From Piromyces finnis finn (lineage: Eukaryota; Fungi; Neocallimastigomycota), in contig MCFH01000025.1 in assembly GCA_002104945.1 (NCBI GenBank), forward strand, positions 310,001-374,000: 64,000 bases of DNA, in the 5' to 3' direction. The position numbers were made by a program, and so were the translations under genes. The notes under the pieces are model-generated. The model was not told the origin of the DNA. It saw only the letters and a program-made list of their open reading frames with translations, and searched no databases. Positions 58,891-64,000 of the stretch are shown here, in pieces (the first letter of the stretch is position 1; every line of letters starts with the position of its first letter).

Positions 58891-60152
58891 TAGACTCAAT
58901 TCACTATTTTAACAATAATCAACTCTTATAAAATAGGCTAAAATTATCAATTTTAAATAAAGTGGAAATAAATATTTAAATTTGTTTAAATAAATTTCAT
59001 TACTGATGTATAATATATATTTTATGGATTATAAAAGTTAATTATCAATATTATTATATTGTATAATATTTTATTTTCAAGACAAGTAAAGATTATAAAA
59101 ACAAAATGATATAAAATATATATATATATTAGAATTTTTAATTTGTTACTTAATGGTGTATATATATTACTTTTATTTTAATTTTAATAAAAGTATCTAA
59201 AAAAATAATTATTATAATATTTTATATCAATAATTGATATATAAAAATTTCTTTTTATTTTTGATGTCAAATAAAAAAAAATTTTTTTTTTTTAAATTAA
59301 TAATTTGGTGGAATTAAAAAATAAGAGATTAATTATTGAAGAAAAATTATTTTGAGCTTTCTTTCTTTCTTTTCTTTAATAATACATCTATTTTAAGTCT
59401 AATTTAATTCAATAATAAAAAAATTTTATAACATATTTAAAATATATCAAAAAAGTACTTTTTTTTTTTATTTAAAGTATCCATTATACAAAAGTTAAAT
59501 TATGTAAAAAAGATAAATTTTTATCAATATTTTATTTTTATGTTAATGGAAGAGTTAAAATATATTCTTAAAAGATCATAAAAAAAAAAAAAAACAAATA
59601 TACATAAAAACCAATTATAAATTATCAATTGAAAAGTAATAATAAAAATGGTGAACTATTTTTCTTTTTTTTTTTTTTTTTTTTTATTCATAAGGCATTA
59701 TTGATGTATCATTATAATTTAACGAGTGTATATATTAATTATATATTTATGTATCAACACAACAACAACGATATTATTTTGGCGTTTTTATTTACTTATA
59801 TATAAATGATAAATGCTTTTATTTATATATTTTTATTTATTTTATTTTATTTTTTTTCAATTGATTCGAGTAATATTTATAATTTCCTTTTTTTTTTTTT
59901 TTTTATATATATATATATATATATATGTATTTTTAATTATAATATTTTTCAAATGAAAAATATTTTACTAATGATATACAAAAGATAATTCCTATATCAT
60001 ATCTTTAAGTATTTAATGTTTTTTTTTTTCTCTTCTTTTTTTATTGTTATATTCATTGATATTGTTAATTATTATTTTGAATATGTTATTACAATTAATA
60101 AATGATCATTACAATTTATTTATCTATAAAATTATATATTTAAAAATAAAAT

Positions 60153-62186
60153 TTAATATTTTAATAAATTATTATAATTGATATATAATATGTTTTTTTG
60201 TTTATTTATATCCAAACCTTTTAAACGGTATATAGTAATTTCTTGTTGTTTAAAGTAACGTCTATTTTCTTCATCAATAAGAATAAGATTTAAATAATAT
60301 CTTGTAGAGAATTTTTTATTTATATCTCTGTAAGTTGGTGTTAAATCAAAACCACTAAGGAATAAACGAATTGGAATAGTTTCTCCTTTTTTAATTTGTT
60401 ATAAATATTTATAGTTTATGAAAACATAATTTATTAATTATTAAACCAACCATCAAGAATGATATAAAATAAATTTGTTATAATGATTTATAGGCTTTTT
60501 TCTTTTTACCTTTTACAGGTGCACCATCCATAATTTCAAATTTTGTAATGACTTCACTTTCATTATATTGATTTGGAGCTAATAAATAAAAAATACAGCA
60601 AGAATAAATATATACAAAATTATAAAGTAAAATTTTTAATACTTAAAATTGATAAAGAATTAAATTCACTTTTATATTTTATGTAATGGTGTAATATTTA
60701 CGAGCGCCAGTTGTTTCTCGTCGAATAATTGATAATTCCATATGTTTTATTTTTATACGAACTAATGAAAAGAATATCTTTCCTACAATGACATCCTTTA
60801 AATGATATCTTTATATATACAAATAAAATTAAATATATATTTTTTCCAATTAATATAATATAATATAATATTTTTTTTAAGGATGAATGAATAAACTTTT
60901 AAAGCTGAATGAGTAATACCTTGATTTATTATATTCAAAATCTATATGTAAGCAATCCTCAATACCGACTTCCATTTTAATTGAAGCATCAGTTTCTGGT
61001 GGAATTTTATATGAATAAACCCAAAGATCTCTTTCTTTTACAATATCACTTATTCTTCTAGAAATTGTAACTCTAACAAAATATCTTTTTTTTTTTTTTT
61101 TTAGTATAATAGTTTTGGATTAAAATAGTTTATATATACACATGAATATATAAATGAATATTAAAGTAATATCAAATTAAAAAGTCTTATTCCTATAATA
61201 GCTGAATATTGAAACTTCATTTATCTTTTAAAAATAATATTTTATTGTATCATTACCTTAATTTTACATTAATACCATAGTAACTTTCGTATTGTTTTTC
61301 AACATTTTTGAATTCGAATGGATAATTAAATGTTTGTCTTAATTCACCAGCTTCAGCAAGTTCAGCTGATAGATATAAAAATTGACTATGGTTTGTACGG
61401 TTATAGAAAAATTCTATAATACATTAAAATTATAATTGATAATAAATGACAATTATTACTATATTCCCAATTTTAACTTTTTGTATTCTGAGTTTAAAAT
61501 CTATTTTTATCTAAATGAACATTTTACCTATATCACCAATTAATTCAACTTTGATACCTTGATGTTCTAACTTCTTACCGTTACTAAGTTTAATTTCAAC
61601 CTTTATTTATTAATAATATATATCTTTTTCGTTAATATTTTAAAATATTAAACTTTATATTTTTATTATTAAATATTATTATATTGTAAAAATGGTAAAT
61701 AAAATAATAATAATAATAATAATAATAAAAAGTACATTTCCAGAAACAGTTTCTCCATCAAAAAATAGAGGTAATTTTGATTTTTGATCCTTTGAAGTTT
61801 TAACTTCAACTAATTTTTTATTATTTTCATCATCAAAGGTAATATTTATTTGAGCCGTTGACCCTAAACCAAATAAAGACTGAATAATTCATTATTATAA
61901 TAACATATATTATTATTAGAACAATTCCTTAAATTATTTATATAAAATTATTTGAATTTCAAAAGTGATAAATGGATTTGATATTATTAATTTATTTGAT
62001 AATTTTATATTTATTAATTCATTAATTCTAATACTATGAATATAACCATTTTAAACATAACATTTAACTTTTTTTAAAAAAATATTTTCAAAAAAAAAAA
62101 AAAAAAAAAAAAAAAACATTTTATTTATAATAATTCAAATATAATATATACGGTTTAAAAAGCAGGCAAATTACTTTACTTGCCAT
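60153..62186 (-). CDS. VPS26: Retromer subunit Vps26, multi-exon
   Basis: LEHQGIKVELIG, KQYESYYGINVKLRY, IKMEVGIEDCLHIDFEYNKS, MDGAPVKGETIPIRLFL, DEENRRYFKQQEI. Start and stop are inferred. Confidence 0.93.
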
Positions 62187-62429
62187 GTTTCTATTTTTTT
62201 TTTTTTTTTTTTTAAATTTTTTTATTTTTGCTATAATAAAATTCATACATTGAATGTTTTATTCATTTCAATTATTTTAGTTGATATATATACTTTAATA
62301 TGAATATGTTAATAATTTTTATGGTATTTATATTACCAATTTATTTTTTTGTACTTACATTCATTTTATTTTATTTTTTCTTTATATAAAAAGACTTTAA
62401 AATTTTGTTTAATAATACTTTTAAAGGCT

Positions 62430-62469
<40 letters not shown>

Positions 62470-63002
62470 AAGTGTATTACTATTATTATACTATTTGATA
62501 TAAATACTATAGTTAAATATATTCCAATTTTATAAATTCCTTATATATTTCTTTCTTTCCTTTGAGATTTTACTCAACAAAGCAGAAATAATAAATGGAA
62601 TTCTTTTATTATTTTTTATTTTTAATAATATTTACACTTCTCTATTTTTATTAAAAATAAAGAAAAGTTCTCAAAACATAAATTAATTGAAAATTTTAAA
62701 ATTAATTAAATCAAATATAATTAAAAGTAGATGAATAAATAATTATCCTGGATTTTTGGCAGAACCATTTTTTTTATGTAGAATTTACATAAAATATATA
62801 TTTTAAAAAAAATTTTTATCAACTATTTATTATCAATAATGATTATCAATTAATTTTTTTTTTTAATAACAATATTATTATTTTATTTTATCATTTTACA
62901 TACATATCATATATACAAAGGATTGAATAAATAATTCATTTTTATATAAATGCTAATAATGAATTATGAATTATTATAAAGTGACACTATTTGTATTTAA
63001 AC

Positions 63003-63948
<946 letters not shown>

Positions 63949-64000
63949 TTATAATAATAATAATAATAATTAAATGTGTGGGTATATATATATAGTTTTT

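Overview
Extremely AT-rich, intron-rich eukaryotic DNA, most likely from an anaerobic gut fungus (Neocallimastigomycota). This assignment is inferred from base composition and from a GH1 beta-glucosidase that closely resembles the Orpinomyces BglA / Piromyces Cel1A type as I recall it. The first ~17 kb is an accessory block. It holds a near-intact single-ORF APE/RT non-LTR retrotransposon flanked by fragments of its own family, an intronless GH1 gene, and a recently inserted 5.2-kb non-autonomous Copia-like LTR element (11998-17206). That element has 217-bp LTRs differing at 2 positions, a 5-bp TSD, a PPT and a PBS matching the anticodon arm of tRNA-Lys(CUU). It has no gag/pol. Its only long ORF encodes a predicted secreted, probably GPI-anchored 514-aa protein with a colicin M-like domain and an NlpC/P60/CHAP-like amidase domain. 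This looks like an antibacterial, cell-wall-targeting cargo mobilised by a retroelement and is the main discovery candidate; both domain calls were made by eye and need profile or structure searches. From ~20 kb onward are spliced housekeeping genes: HIR3/CABIN1 (with a 145-codon pure AAT tract), a TPR-TM-KDEL protein, VID27, PRE7, an orphan gene, DBP10, PRE4, a DUF4211/CCDC82-like gene, VPS26 and a partial ATE1. There are also microsatellites and an AT-eroded LINE relic. Exon boundaries were read manually and are approximate.
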